A stretch of DNA of 64,000 nt. Origin: Eledone cirrhosa. Its lineage: Eukaryota. This document shows positions 40,811 to 52,759 of this stretch, in pieces. Where the stretch lies: positions 300,080,001-300,144,000 of the forward strand of contig OZ024742.1 of the NCBI GenBank assembly GCA_964016885.1. The letters run 5' to 3'. The position numbers and the translations under genes are program-made. The notes beneath the pieces were generated by a model, which was not told the origin of the DNA, searched no databases, and worked only from the letters and a program-made list of their open reading frames with translations. Within the stretch, counting starts at the first letter, position 1, and the number at the start of each line of letters is the position of its first letter.

Positions 40811-40903
40811 TAATTACCTTATGTTGTTTATTACATAACTATTAAGCTCTGTAACCTACATAGAGCACTCTTTTTTCCTGGACCTTTCCGACGGAATTAC
40901 TTC

Positions 40904-40940
<37 letters not shown>

Positions 40941-41728
40941 TCTCACTCATTCCCCTTATTTACGTGTCCCAACGACTTTCTTTAGCCGTTGCTCGCACCA
41001 AAGCCTTCGTGAGCCACCCTTTTTTTTAAGTAAAAAGAAATTCAAACACACACACACAAGCACACAAATAAACATACATATCTTTACTTTCTTTATTCAA
41101 TAGAAAATCTGAATTCTGACACCCCAGCGAACTAACCATATTCACTGAACCAGAACAATTCTCCCATTCCATTTCTCTTGACCATTATCTTTTACTTATC
41201 ATAAAATTCTCTAAAAAGGCTACAGAATGGATTTCCAAATAAGGGCGCGAAAATGTAATGAAAACTTATTCACGTGACAACCATAATTTCATTTATAACC
41301 AATCAAAAAAAGCCTTCGTGAGCCCCCTTTTTTCAAGTAAAAAGAAATTCAAACACTCATATATGAAAAAACAACCTGTGACAACCCCCCCCCCCCCTCT
41401 TATTTGAAGAACTATTGTAACGCGAACTGGCGCGAAATTTATTATAATTATTGACCAACCAATCAAATTACTTCTCGAAAAACCTGGCATTTCGAGCCAC
41501 TTTTTCCATATAAAACAAGTAACACTCAGAGACCAACCAGATGTGAGAAAAACCACAGACCCTCCATCTCAACTCTACTTTTGAAAAGCAGAAGAACTGG
41601 GAAACCGGTAAAGGAACCTAATAAATATATATATATTTTTTTTAAATAAGACTCCAGTTGCATTTTCGATTTCATCTCTTTTTCTTTATAATTTCACTCG
41701 TGTAGGACACCTCGGTTATTTTTCAATT

Positions 41729-41766
<38 letters not shown>

Positions 41767-41768
41767 AC

Positions 41769-41805
<37 letters not shown>

Positions 41806-42005
41806 TTGTGTTGTTATTTCTATTTATCTTTTACATATATATATATATATATTTGGCAATATACCGTATGTTTAATTAAAAACATTTAGAAGACCATTCG
41901 CTATTAGTTTTAAATTAGTGGCTATGACACTTACTTATTCTCGGCAAAAACAACAGAGAGCAGCCGACAGACAGTCTGTTTCTCGCTTGTGAGCGTTTAT
42001 CAAGA

Positions 42006-42087
<82 letters not shown>

Positions 42088-42091
<4 letters not shown>

Positions 42092-43290
42092 AGTAAAAGC
42101 GAAGTAGTTTCAGAAGTTCAAGTCCTTTAATAATAATTGTTTCTACGTTTGGCACAAGGCCAGAAATTACCCAGAGCATTACTGGTACTTTATTTTGTCG
42201 ACCCCGTAAGGATGAAAGGCAAAGTTAACCTCGGCGGGATTTGAACTCAGAATGGCAAGGGCCGTAACTCTATACGTCAAAGCATAGCGTCCGACCCTCT
42301 ACCGATACTGCCAATCCACCAATGCTGTGATATATATTTCAATGACGACACTGGCCACACTCTTCTGTGTGCGAGTGTCGTGACATCATCAGACAGCTTG
42401 TTACATAATAAGGTTATGTTTCCGAGGCAATCCAAGTTGAATCGACATGGGAACGGACGAAGTGTGTGCTTTTGGGTTCTTCATCCGTTCCCCTGTGAGT
42501 ACCAATTCACCCCCACCGGTCTGCGCAGGCGCATGTCCGAAGGAAGTAGACCATTAGCTACCGCCGATTTCAACGAAATTCGCTTAGTCAGTTCACCCTC
42601 TCAGACAAACCCATTTAGGCCTGTACCATAGTTTACTGCTACCCGTCCCGTCTATGGCAGTCAGCCGAAAGCCAGAGGGGATGGGAGAGTGTTAGTTTTT
42701 ACATGTCACAATACTACCTCTCACCAAGCATGGACAGTACGACTGACCATCAACTCCCAAGAGAAAATATACTTAATTCTAGGTATCATGGTTTTACATT
42801 GGAAGTTATGAGTGAGAGTTGGAAATAAAAATTAAAATCCTAAATCAAAAATTATAAATTAAACAATTAAAAAATTAACAATTAGAAATTAAAAAATTAA
42901 AAAATTAAAAAATTAAAAAATTAAAAAATTAAAAATTAAAAAATTTTTCAAGTGAGAATCCGGATTGAGGTGAGTAAAAAAACATATAGATTGAAGTGAG
43001 TAAATAATATGGAGAGAGATGTTTAAGTAAGAAGTTCTGAGAGGGGTTCCAATGTTACACTATCCACATATTGAACGACAGTGCCGTACATTAGAACGGA
43101 GGGTAAACTACATGGTTCAAGGCAGTAGTCAATCTGGTACACAGTCATAATTTCCATCACATGGAACAAAACCAAAGAAAAACAGATATAAAGTACACAA
43201 AAGAAAAGAACCAATAATGAATAAATGCAAAAACACAGAGTACATATATGCAAAATGATCCATATGATTGTCAATGTATAGATTGAATTG
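42088..43290 (-). repeat. ~1.2-kb non-coding hammerhead-bearing repeat (copy 2 at 55219-56420, partial copy at 3050-3220)
   Basis: Direct long copies share a SINE insertion. The third, inverted copy lacks the SINE. Confidence 0.88.
42324..42397 (-). ncRNA. Hammerhead ribozyme, extended stem II (copies at 55472-55545 - and 3096-3170 +)
   Basis: gctgt CTGATGA [acgacact/agtgtcgt; cacac/gtgtg] GAAAT ATAT ATC acagc. The core is CTGACGA in copy 2 and mutated to CTGGTGA in copy 3. Confidence 0.75.
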
Positions 43291-43674
43291 GGGGGGCTTC
43301 TGTTCAAAAGCGATTTGGTGCAGGAAAATATGGGTTTATCTTAGTTTTTGTTTCCGCGTATTTAACCTGCCGAAAGTTACTATTATGTCCGTCCAGTGTC
43401 AGGGGTTTCCATCCCCATGGTAGAGGGAATTTCCAGGGGTAGCTCATGGTTGGTTCCTCTCTTCTCCACCATATCGGTTACATCATAGAGCGCTCAACTA
43501 ATTGGAGCTAAATTCTTAGGGTAAATATTGATGCAATTCAATTCAAGCACTCAACGTACTTTTTCCACATAGGAGTGACGGAGTAAATATCGAATTTCGA
43601 TATTTATTCCGTCACTCCTATGTGGAAAAAGTACGTTGAGTGCTTGAATTGAATTGCATCAATATTTACCCTAA

Positions 43675-43735
<61 letters not shown>

Positions 43736-44310
43736 ACTCAGGAATCTTCGGGAAAAAACGTTAAACAGCGTGAGAACCAACAATACTGAGTTACTTAATA
43801 ATGTGTGAATTGTAGAAGGAAAACTCATGCAATATGTGGATGGTTAGTTTAATGTTTCTGGTGTTAGTTTATGGTTTCTACTGCTGTGTAAAGTATATGC
43901 AATGTCAGTTGCGTTATTTTGTTGGGTGGTGATTATGTTTCATATGTGTTATGTGTTTTAGTGTTGAACAATGATTTTGTATTGTATACGTTGTGTAAGC
44001 TGTTATATTAATAGCTGGTAGCTGTGTAGAAATGTCAGGTCGCTCTCGAGCGCTACTGATAACATGTAAGCCTGTACATCCTATCACATGGTCGGGTCGT
44101 CAGCAACTAAACTGGCAAAACTAGTAAGCTTGCATGGTGAGGAGTGAATTTTGGACACTCTGTGGGATGAAAAATAGAACTTGTTAAAGGGCGGGGGAAC
44201 TCAGGAGAGTCAACGGTCATGCAATGTGTATTAGAAAACGGGTAGACAGAGTTCGTTAGCCTTTGTTGGTAGTCTGTCTAGAAGGGTCACTCTTATTTCA
44301 GAGTGTAGAG

Positions 44311-44654
44311 CAGAGGTTCTCCAAGTGGAGACTCCCGCCGCTCGGGAGCCGTTGAGAAGGTCAAGGGGGCGCTTGGGTCTAGATGCGCTGGTGGGGTGCG
44401 GTAATGTATGTTGTTATATATTACAGAGTGGTGGTGGTGGTGGCGTAGAATATGCGTTGTGTGGGTTTTGTTATTTTAATGGGTGTACATTGTATAGACC
44501 AGCGACTCCCACAAAGGAGTGTCTGGGGTCCTGTGACAAAAAGTAGAGGAGTATATTTATATTACGACCATATAACAGTATTAGACTTTGGGGTTCCTAC
44601 CAAAGTTTCTAAACTAAAAAGGGTTCCACGTTTGAAAAGGTTTGGGAAACCCTA
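44311..44654. mobile_element. hAT-type MITE
   Basis: Ends CAGAGGTTCTCCAA / TTTGGGAAACCCTA with degenerate 8-bp TSD GTGTAGAG/GTATATAG. Confidence 0.6.
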
Positions 44655-45606
44655 GTATATAGTATGTGTTGTGTGCATAGAGTGTACTGTTTAAGTTGTG
44701 TTGTTGTTTTGAAATGATTTCGTTTAAAGTGTGTACTGTACCCAACAGGGCTGTTTTGAGTTGTTTGTGTAACGTTCTGAGCTCTGGTATGGTTGTTACG
44801 TTTTTGTTCATAATTTTTAGATCTAGTAATATTATTACTACTGTTTTTACTTTCATACCTCACATCCTCTTTATTTAATATCAAGTTTCTTATGTTTGCC
44901 AGTTTCTCTTCGTCCTTTCCATCAATAGTTTCATCAGAATTGATTGAGATATCAATCAGAGCACAGTTATTTTCTCTACGATTCTTGATTATTGATCCCC
45001 TTGTCAGTCTGGAAATTCATTTCAAAGAGGATTATAGTCAAGTCGTTGCCATGTACCGTGTTTGTTGAATGTTTATATCACTTCTTGCCCATGTTCACAT
45101 TAAAATGTAGCCATATTGTTCAGTGAACGAAGCTTGCCAGCTCGGCCATGCCCGTCAATATGCAATGACTAACATACTGCCGACTACTGATGGCCAGGGG
45201 TGTGTTTCCACTTCTTGACTGAGGCGCGTTCTATTTTCGTTTCAATAACTATCAATTCAGTATTTTGTAATACTTTTTCTGCGAACCCTTTTTTTTTACC
45301 TAGCCCAGCGGCCCACTTGGCATTGCCGAAATGCCCATATTACCTGTTAGCCTCTGCCTGCTTGTGTAAGTTGTTTAAAATTAAAGTATGAACGAACAAT
45401 TATCATAAGAATACTTAAATCCGGCAGTCAGACCTGAACACTGTTTGGTGAGATAGCATAATTAAGACGGATACCAGATCATTTTTGCTTACTAGGATTA
45501 GCTTTCATATCGGGAGAAATCTCAACAACGTGAATTTGATATTTTTTAATGCATAATTCATCCAACATAGCATTTAATTCACTAATTGTCTAAAATTCTG
45601 TTTCAG

Positions 45607-45726
45607 ATCAAGAATATCATCCAATTATCATTTCCTAAACCCAAAAATTACTTGCTTGAAGTGTGGGTAGATGCATGGCCAAATTTTAGTGCAGTTTTAG
45701 TGATATATGATTGGACTGTTACTGAG
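45607..45726 (+). CDS. Glycine N-acyltransferase-like gene, exon 2
   Basis: tttcag acceptor and GTATGT donor. Reads IKNIIQLSFPKPKNYLLEVWVDAWPNFSAVLVIYDWTVTE, containing the GLYAT-family EVxVDxWPxF motif. Confidence 0.9.
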
Positions 45727-46752
45727 GTATGTATCTAAATTTATTTCAAACAACCGTGACTCATGTAAGATTCAACAACAGAAACGTCTAGTTGTTTTAC
45801 AGGTTTCCTTGTTTCCTCTTTTCTTTTTCGTTTCCTTATGCATAAGTGAAGGCGGTGGTTGATTGGTTAGAGAACTGGATTCGCAATCGTGAGGTTGTCA
45901 GTTCGATTCCTGGACCAAGCGATGCGTTATGTCCTTGAGCAAGACACATTATTTCACGTTGCTCCTTCTACCTGGAGTTGCGACCGATAGATAGCATTAG
46001 CAATTGGAAAGACCAACGGAAACATTGTTTCCTCGGTCCGATTTGACGAAAGTCGATCGACAAATTTTTATACATAATCTGCCTCCCATTGGCCTTCAAT
46101 ATTTGAAATTTCATTATTGTTATTTTATTTTTCCACCTTCTTTTTTTATTACTTGTCTACTAGCTCTTTTTGATTACCAACTGTAAGGAGTACTCGATAC
46201 TTCTAGTCTGTCGTGGCTTACTATACGGACGTTTAAATTGAATAAATGAATAAGTATACTAGTACATCAATGTAAGATTAACTATAATCGTGATATAATG
46301 TAATCTGTTAACAGACGTTTTCAGATTATAAATATTTTCCTTTAACAGAGTGGTTAGAACGTTAGATAGAATGCTTTATGTAATCGTTCCGGCTCTCTGC
46401 TCTCTGAGTTCGAATCCCGCTGAATTCAATTTTGCCTTTCATCCTTTCGAGGTCGATAAAAAAGTACCAGTCTAGTACTGGGGTAGATTCTTCCTCTATA
46501 TCTCTTTCTAATTTCCTCTCTCTCTCACTTTCTATCTTTCTCTGGAAGAAATCTGCTGTACTCAGGCCTGGAGAGGGATGGGCTCCGCCAGGCTTAAAAT
46601 GCCCAAGAAACACCGTATGTCAATATGGCGCCCCTACGACTCTATCAGGTGTTTCGGGACCATACCATACATGCTTGTTTTCAAGTAATCAATAAATAAG
46701 TTCTCTAAAGTTTATATGGTTCCAATATACATTTGTTAGGCCATTCAAACTA

Positions 46753-47286
46753 CAGTGTACCCCCGAGCTTCGCGGTCCTGGTTATTCGCGATATTTTCCT
46801 TAGAACCTACCGTATTTCCCGGCGTGGAAGACGCTACTTTTTTCCTAAAATAAGTCTCAAAAATCTACCATGTGTTGAAGGTTATTTTTTTTTTTTTTTT
46901 TTTTTTTCAAATTTTTGGTTGTCAAAATTAGGGTGCGTCCTCGAGGACGAAGCGTCTTCAGCGTCAGGAAATACGGTAACTAATAATAGTTCTGGGAACC
47001 AGCGCATGTTCGCGGAATCGTGAGTATCTTCTGCGATTTTTTAATGGCTTTTTTCGTGGCAATATATATATTTTTTTTTTTAACGCTAAATTATTAATAA
47101 CAATATACTGTATTTGCCGGTCTACTGGACGCCCCTTCGCATAAGATGCTCCATTTTTTTAATTACATTTTACGTTATATTTTGACGTTTATAGGCATTT
47201 TTATGGACCACGTCCAATATTCGCGGTTTTTCACTCTTTGTAGGTGCTCTAGGAAGGTAGCACTCGCGAATACTGGGGGACAACTG
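46753..47286. mobile_element. pogo/Tigger-type MITE with nested CCGTATTT-ended MITE (46810-46976)
   Basis: TA-CAGTGTACCCCC ... GGGGGACAACTG-TA outer ends. Inner TA-CCGTATTTCC ... GGAAATACGG-TA. Confidence 0.75.
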
Positions 47287-47335
47287 TATCATACTTTATT
47301 CAGCAAATAATATTCCAAAATTTGAATATTTTTAG

Positions 47336-47444
47336 ATCACTCATATAAGCTACACATACTACGAATTCTCTTTGAAAGAAGAAAGCCTTTTGAAGTTATT
47401 ACAAACGCCTGGAATTGTTCGGAGTTCTATCATCAAATTTCCAG
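47336..47444 (+). CDS. Glycine N-acyltransferase-like gene, exon 3
   Basis: tttttag acceptor and GTAAGT donor. Reads ITHISYTYYEFSLKEESLLKLLQTPGIVRSSIIKFP plus G (phase 1), similar to the GLYAT 'TYxIFSKDxxxLxxxLxxPxVI' segment. Confidence 0.85.
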
Positions 47445-47890
47445 GTAAGTTGTAAATCTTCTATATATAAATTTCTGCGATTCTGTCACAACACGTAAAG
47501 AGAGAAGAGTAGTTTGACGCGATAGCGTATGGAAAAAGATTCTAGTTTTAGAAAAATAAAAAGTACAGCATGACTGTTATCAAAGTTATATTAATGAAGG
47601 ATACATTATATAAGTTCGAAACTCCTGAATAACTAATCAAACACGGATTAGAGCAAAGCTAAGAAATTATCATATCTTTACATTTTTTTAATAACAGTTG
47701 ACTTAAGAACTTAGTTGAATAAGTCTTGAGCACTTTTCTGTGTATTTGTTCATATATAAGGTGGGGAGTCAGATGCCATGAACCATTAACTCAAAAACAT
47801 AGATATATAAAGTATAGAGCACTACTGTAAATCTCATAGTGACCGATTCTTACTATTTTTCTGGAGTTAGCAAAATGTTTAGGTTAGAAG

Positions 47891-48070
47891 CAGTGCCGGA
47901 TTTACCATTGTGCTTAGGTGTGCTTAAGCACCGGGCCCCGTTGGCCAAGGATGGGGCTCCATCTTCCTGGCAAAAGTTGTTTTTACAATGAATTACCTCC
48001 TTCAGGGCCCAAATAAGGAGCCTCATAACTTAACTAGCACAGGGTCTCATTTCTCCTAAATCCGGCACTG
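47891..48070. mobile_element. hAT-type MITE
   Basis: Perfect 14-bp TIR CAGTGCCGGATTTA with 8-bp TSD GTTAGAAG/GTCAGAAG. Confidence 0.9.
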
Positions 48071-49000
48071 GTCAGAAGGAAGATTTTGCAGCTATAATGT
48101 TATTATATAAAATCCAAATTTTAGGTTTAAAATATAAGCAAAAAAAAAAAAGACCAGCGAAATACACATTCACAAATCAGTTCATTATTAACGTTTTAAA
48201 CACTAATTGTAAAATGGGAACTTAAACATCAGAACAGATCTAACTCAATATTGAACAATGAATCTGACAGTCTACTGTTTTGAGTTTGAAGTTATTCTGT
48301 ACGTTACTATTCAGACGTATTCTCAATGTCAGAATATATTAAGTTTTAGCTGTAATTCAAATTTAAATTAAAAAAGCAAAACTTCAATGACTAAACTTAT
48401 TCAAGTTCATCTAAAAATCACATCGAGAGAGAGAAAAACTGATCCAGTTTAATACACTGGGTGTAATAAGAACCATGTACTAAAGACTATCTAATTAGAG
48501 TCTGATTTACAAATGGCAGACAGGTGTTAAATAATGGTTTCTGACTTAGACACAAGGACTAGACAGGTATTAAATAATAAAAGCAAATGTTGAACATTAG
48601 AAGCCAACTATGTAGAATTTAATATCACAAATGTATCTGGGAATCTTGTATAAAACTAATCAACCTCTAAAAACTCAAAAGGGAGTTCCATAAAAAAAAA
48701 TGCCCCAAAACGAACAATATAACTATGCACCTTCACAAGAACTGAAATAATTGTTTCTACTATTGGCACAAAGCCAGCAATTACCCAGTACATTACTGGT
48801 ACTTTATTTTATCGACCCCGTAAGGATGAAAGGCAAAGTTAACCTCAGTGGGATTTGAACTCAGAATGGCAAGGGCCGTAACTCTATGCGTCAAAGCATG
48901 GCGTGCGACCCTCTACCATTTCAAAACTGAAATAATAAGATTAAAACATGTCAAACTTACATATTGCTCTGTAGATTAAAAAATAATGAACAGAATAATA

Positions 49001-49284
49001 CAAGGTGATCACAAAAAACACTCCTTGATTTCAAATACTTATAATATTAAAACTTAAATGAATATTCTTACAATATTGGTGGCTCCAGTTGCATAAACTA
49101 ACAAAGTTTCATGTGGTATTGGTTGATATCATAGACACATCGAGTGTCTATGATATCAATAATACCACGTGAAACTGTTAGTTTATGCAACTGGAGCCAC
49201 CAATATTGTAAGAATATTCATTTAAGTTTTAATATTATAAGTATTTGAAATCAAGGAGTGTTTTTTTTTTTTGTGGTCACCTTG
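49001..49284. mobile_element. Tc1/mariner-type fold-back MITE
   Basis: Near-perfect ~140-bp arms, TA-CAAGGTG...CACCTTG-TA. A second copy with a truncated left arm lies at 26917-27131. Confidence 0.88.
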
Positions 49285-49357
49285 TATATTGTTGATACCG
49301 TGAAGAGAGGGTAATACATAATTACTAAAGCAATGTTATATTTTTAAATCACTTCAG

Positions 49358-49475
49358 CCATTTTATCTGAAAGAAAAGCAGTTATAGAGGAATTTATGAA
49401 ATCTAAAGATAAATGTGTCAACAAAAGCAAGATTTACAATTTATATCATTTAGAAGAGAATTCCCTTCAAAGCAG
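49358..49475 (+). CDS. Glycine N-acyltransferase-like gene, exon 4
   Basis: acttcag acceptor and GTAAAT donor. Phase 1 in and phase 2 out match both neighbours. Reads AILSERKAVIEEFMKSKDKCVNKSKIYNLYHLEENSLQS. Confidence 0.8.
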
Positions 49476-50577
49476 GTAAATAAAAATTACTATTTTGGTT
49501 TCTGTTATCAGTTGAGATATAGAAATATTAGACTATAATCTTCCTCTATCTCATTTAAACTGTTATCAAATAAATATATATTACAATCAACGTTTCATTG
49601 ACATCAGTGGTGACAATGGCATTTGTGGTGATAGTAGTGGCCCCGGTTAACCTTGATAAAGAAAACCGATTTCTTCTGGGGAGGGGGGGGGGGGTCTTTA
49701 CCTTCATTCAAGGAAAGAAGGGAAGCACCTATGACCTTATTTTCTCAGTGTCTCCGAGACTAGTGAAAGGAAGGGAGGAGATACCCTCATACCGGAGACT
49801 TAGTCCAAATGCTTTCAAAAGAACAGATGTCACTAAAGACACCCTAAAACTGGGTGGTGGTGTTAAACCGAGTGACGGGTTATGTCTACAACCCAAGTAG
49901 GCCACAGTGGGGTTTAAATTCAGAATACATAGAACCGTAGTAACAAATACCGCAATAACACAATATAACACAATCTCAGATCAAGTCATTTATCGAAAAA
50001 GTACAACTCAGAATTATTTTCTATTTGTATCTTCTAATGTAAATGTTTTCTTTTACTGTCAAATAGACAGTGAATTAGAGCACAGGACAAAATAGTTTGC
50101 CATATTTGATCCGACTCTTAGTACGCTGAGTTCAAATATCTCCGATTTCGTCCTTTCGAGGTTAATAAAATAAAGTAATGCTCCCGGGCAGTGTATTGGC
50201 AGAATAGTTTGATCATCAGATTAGGTGCCTTGTAGTATTTGGTCCGGCGTTTCGCAAATCCCACTGGGGCAGGATTTAACACCACCACTTGGCTTTTATG
50301 TGCGTTAAGCGGTGTCCATTCTGTTGCAAACATTCAGGCCACGTCTCTGGCTGGGGGGGGGGGGTACCATCCTCCCTCCTACCAGTCACAGAAGCCTTAA
50401 AAAGCCATGGTCACTGCTCTTCTCTCCCTGACTAAACAGTAAAAATAATTTACCCCGGTCATTCTTTAATAATAATTGTAAAGAAATGAGGAAAATAATA
50501 GATACGACATGGATTTGAATGTCTTTATTTTATTTATTTATTTATTTATTTATTTATTATTATTTTTATTTTGTCAG

Positions 50578-50986
50578 TACGGCACCAACTAATTTGATCC
50601 TAGGAACCCTTACTACTGAATATTTGGAAGATGTTGTTTGCACCTTGAAAGAATCTCCAACCGACGAATTGGACAGCACTAAGGAATATATTAATGTTCT
50701 GATAAACTCATTCCCAAATGTCTGTTTGAGCAATTCAATTGGGAAGGTGGTTGCTTATGTACTAGGGACTGATTGCGGAACAATCGGAAATTTACACGTC
50801 AATGCTAATTATCGAGGACGTGGCTGTACGAAAACGGTGATATCTATATTATCAGCTGAATATATTGAAGCAGGAATAACACCATGTGTCAGAATTGAAC
50901 CAGGAAATACTCTTTCTATTAGTGTCCATGAACAAATAGGTTATCAGTCATCGGGGATTGATGTGTATGACATGGAGTTTGAATAA
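50578..50986 (+). CDS. Glycine N-acyltransferase-like gene, exon 5 (C-terminal GNAT domain, stop)
   Basis: Long T-rich tract plus cag acceptor. Contains FPNVCL..GKVVAY, the acyl-CoA-binding motif A region LHVNANYRGRGC and NTLSISVHEQIGY. Total CDS is 858 nt, giving 285 aa plus stop. Confidence 0.92.
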
Positions 50987-51394
50987 TTATAAAAGTACCA
51001 ACATAGTGGATTTCTTTTCTCCGTAATTTATTATCCTATTGTGATCTATTTTACCTTTCTTCTATCGTCGTTGGTAAAATATGAGTGTTTTTAAAGTCTG
51101 TGTTTAACTTTGGACAATAATGATTTCTAGTATAGGCACAAGGCCGCTAATTTGGGGGGCAGAGGAAAGTCGATTAAATCGCTCCCAGTACGTTACTGGT
51201 TCTTTATTTTATCGACCCCGTAAAGATGAAAGGAAAAGTTAACCTCGGCGGGATTTGAACTCAGACCGTAAAGGATCGTAACTCTATGCTGCAAAGCATG
51301 GTGTCCGACTCTCTACCGATACTGCCAATCCACCGCCTTCAATAATGAGTTTGGATGAACATTATTCTTGACAAGTAGTTCGGTAAAACTATAC

Positions 51395-51864
51395 CCCATT
51401 ACTTGGCCATGCCGTTCACTGTATCTGACACTAATAGACTACATTTTATGGTTATGTCAAAAAGGTTAATTACTCATCAGAATACGGTCATACCTTCGGC
51501 CACTGGGGTCCAACAGGGTGACCCTTTGGTCCCCCTCCTGTTTGCCCTTGGTATAGACCACATTGCCCAGAATATCACGACCCCTCTCAACGTTTGGTAC
51601 CTGGATGATGCTACGTTAGGCAGGCCCATAGAGACTGTCTTCCATGACCTACAATCGGTGGTTCCTGCCCTGGCGGGAATCGGCCTCCAGGTCAACTCGT
51701 CCAAGTCGGAGGTGGTGAATGTCAGCCACGATGCTGACAGCTTTGCAACCTCCGTCTCGGACGTGCGGTCCATTCTCTACCAGATACAGGTGACCCCCCA
51801 AAGAGGATGTCCTCATCCTCGGCTCACCGATCCACCCACCGGCTATGTGCGCCACCATCTATAA
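51395..51864 (+). mobile_element. CRE-like reverse transcriptase fragment
   Basis: GVQQGDPLVPLLFAL, WYLDD and GLQVNSSKSE. Confidence 0.88.
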
Positions 51865-52759
51865 ATAAGCGTAGTATCAGTATCCCAGAATCAATTCCTG
51901 AAATTACTGACTAGCAACTAGAGATTTTCAACGAGATTTTCAATAGTTTACGCGATGTATCACAAACGTTGGTGGTCACGTTGCATTTTAGAAATGTGAG
52001 ATGTATTCATAAAAAAGGGCTTTATAAACAAAGTTGTTATATACAGTTTACAGTATATTTCTATGGAGTGTACTTATTAACGTTTAAATTAATTATTAAT
52101 GTTTAAATTTTCACCAGAACTTTATAAACACCCTGTATATCTGAAAAATTAAATTGACAATGACCTTCAGGCAAAGGAATTGGTTGTGTGTCGACAAATC
52201 AATATTTAAATGTTAAAAGTTTCTCTCTTTTTAATAGGGATTGTAGGAAGAGAAGTTTGATCATTTTAATTGTGTTGTTCTTATCCATAGATCAGTCCTA
52301 ACAAATAAAATCTGTAATCAAAAGGTGTTTTAGCAATGACCATTTCATTCTTCTTTTGGAGATTGCATATCTAGAACTAGATTTTAAGACAGTGTTGTGT
52401 AGTTTGGGACATATTTTGTTATTGTTTCTTGCAAATCTAACGGCTATATAGAGGTTCACTCTTTGGCTCAACCTTACAGGGGTGGTGGAAGCATTTCTGA
52501 AGAGGGGAGGGGGAAAATTTGGTTAATTTAGTTGTAGTGATGAGTTTAACTGCTTTTATCAAATACCAACCAAGATATAAAAAAAAACTTCGATAAACAT
52601 AACTTGTACATAAATTGTAGTGCATATACAAATAGATGTGTGTTTTGGTAGTTTGGGGAGAAAAATATAATTATTGGGAGCGGGGGGGGGGGGGGCAAAC
52701 AAAGAGGGTGTGGTAAGATCTCAGGCGGACCATAACACTCCAGAGTACTCAATACTTAG

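Noticed and set aside
50519-50577. Hydrophobic N-terminus (MSLFYLFIY...) as a signal peptide of a single-exon gene
   Set aside because: It is the intronic TTTA repeat and pyrimidine tract. The exon begins at 50578.
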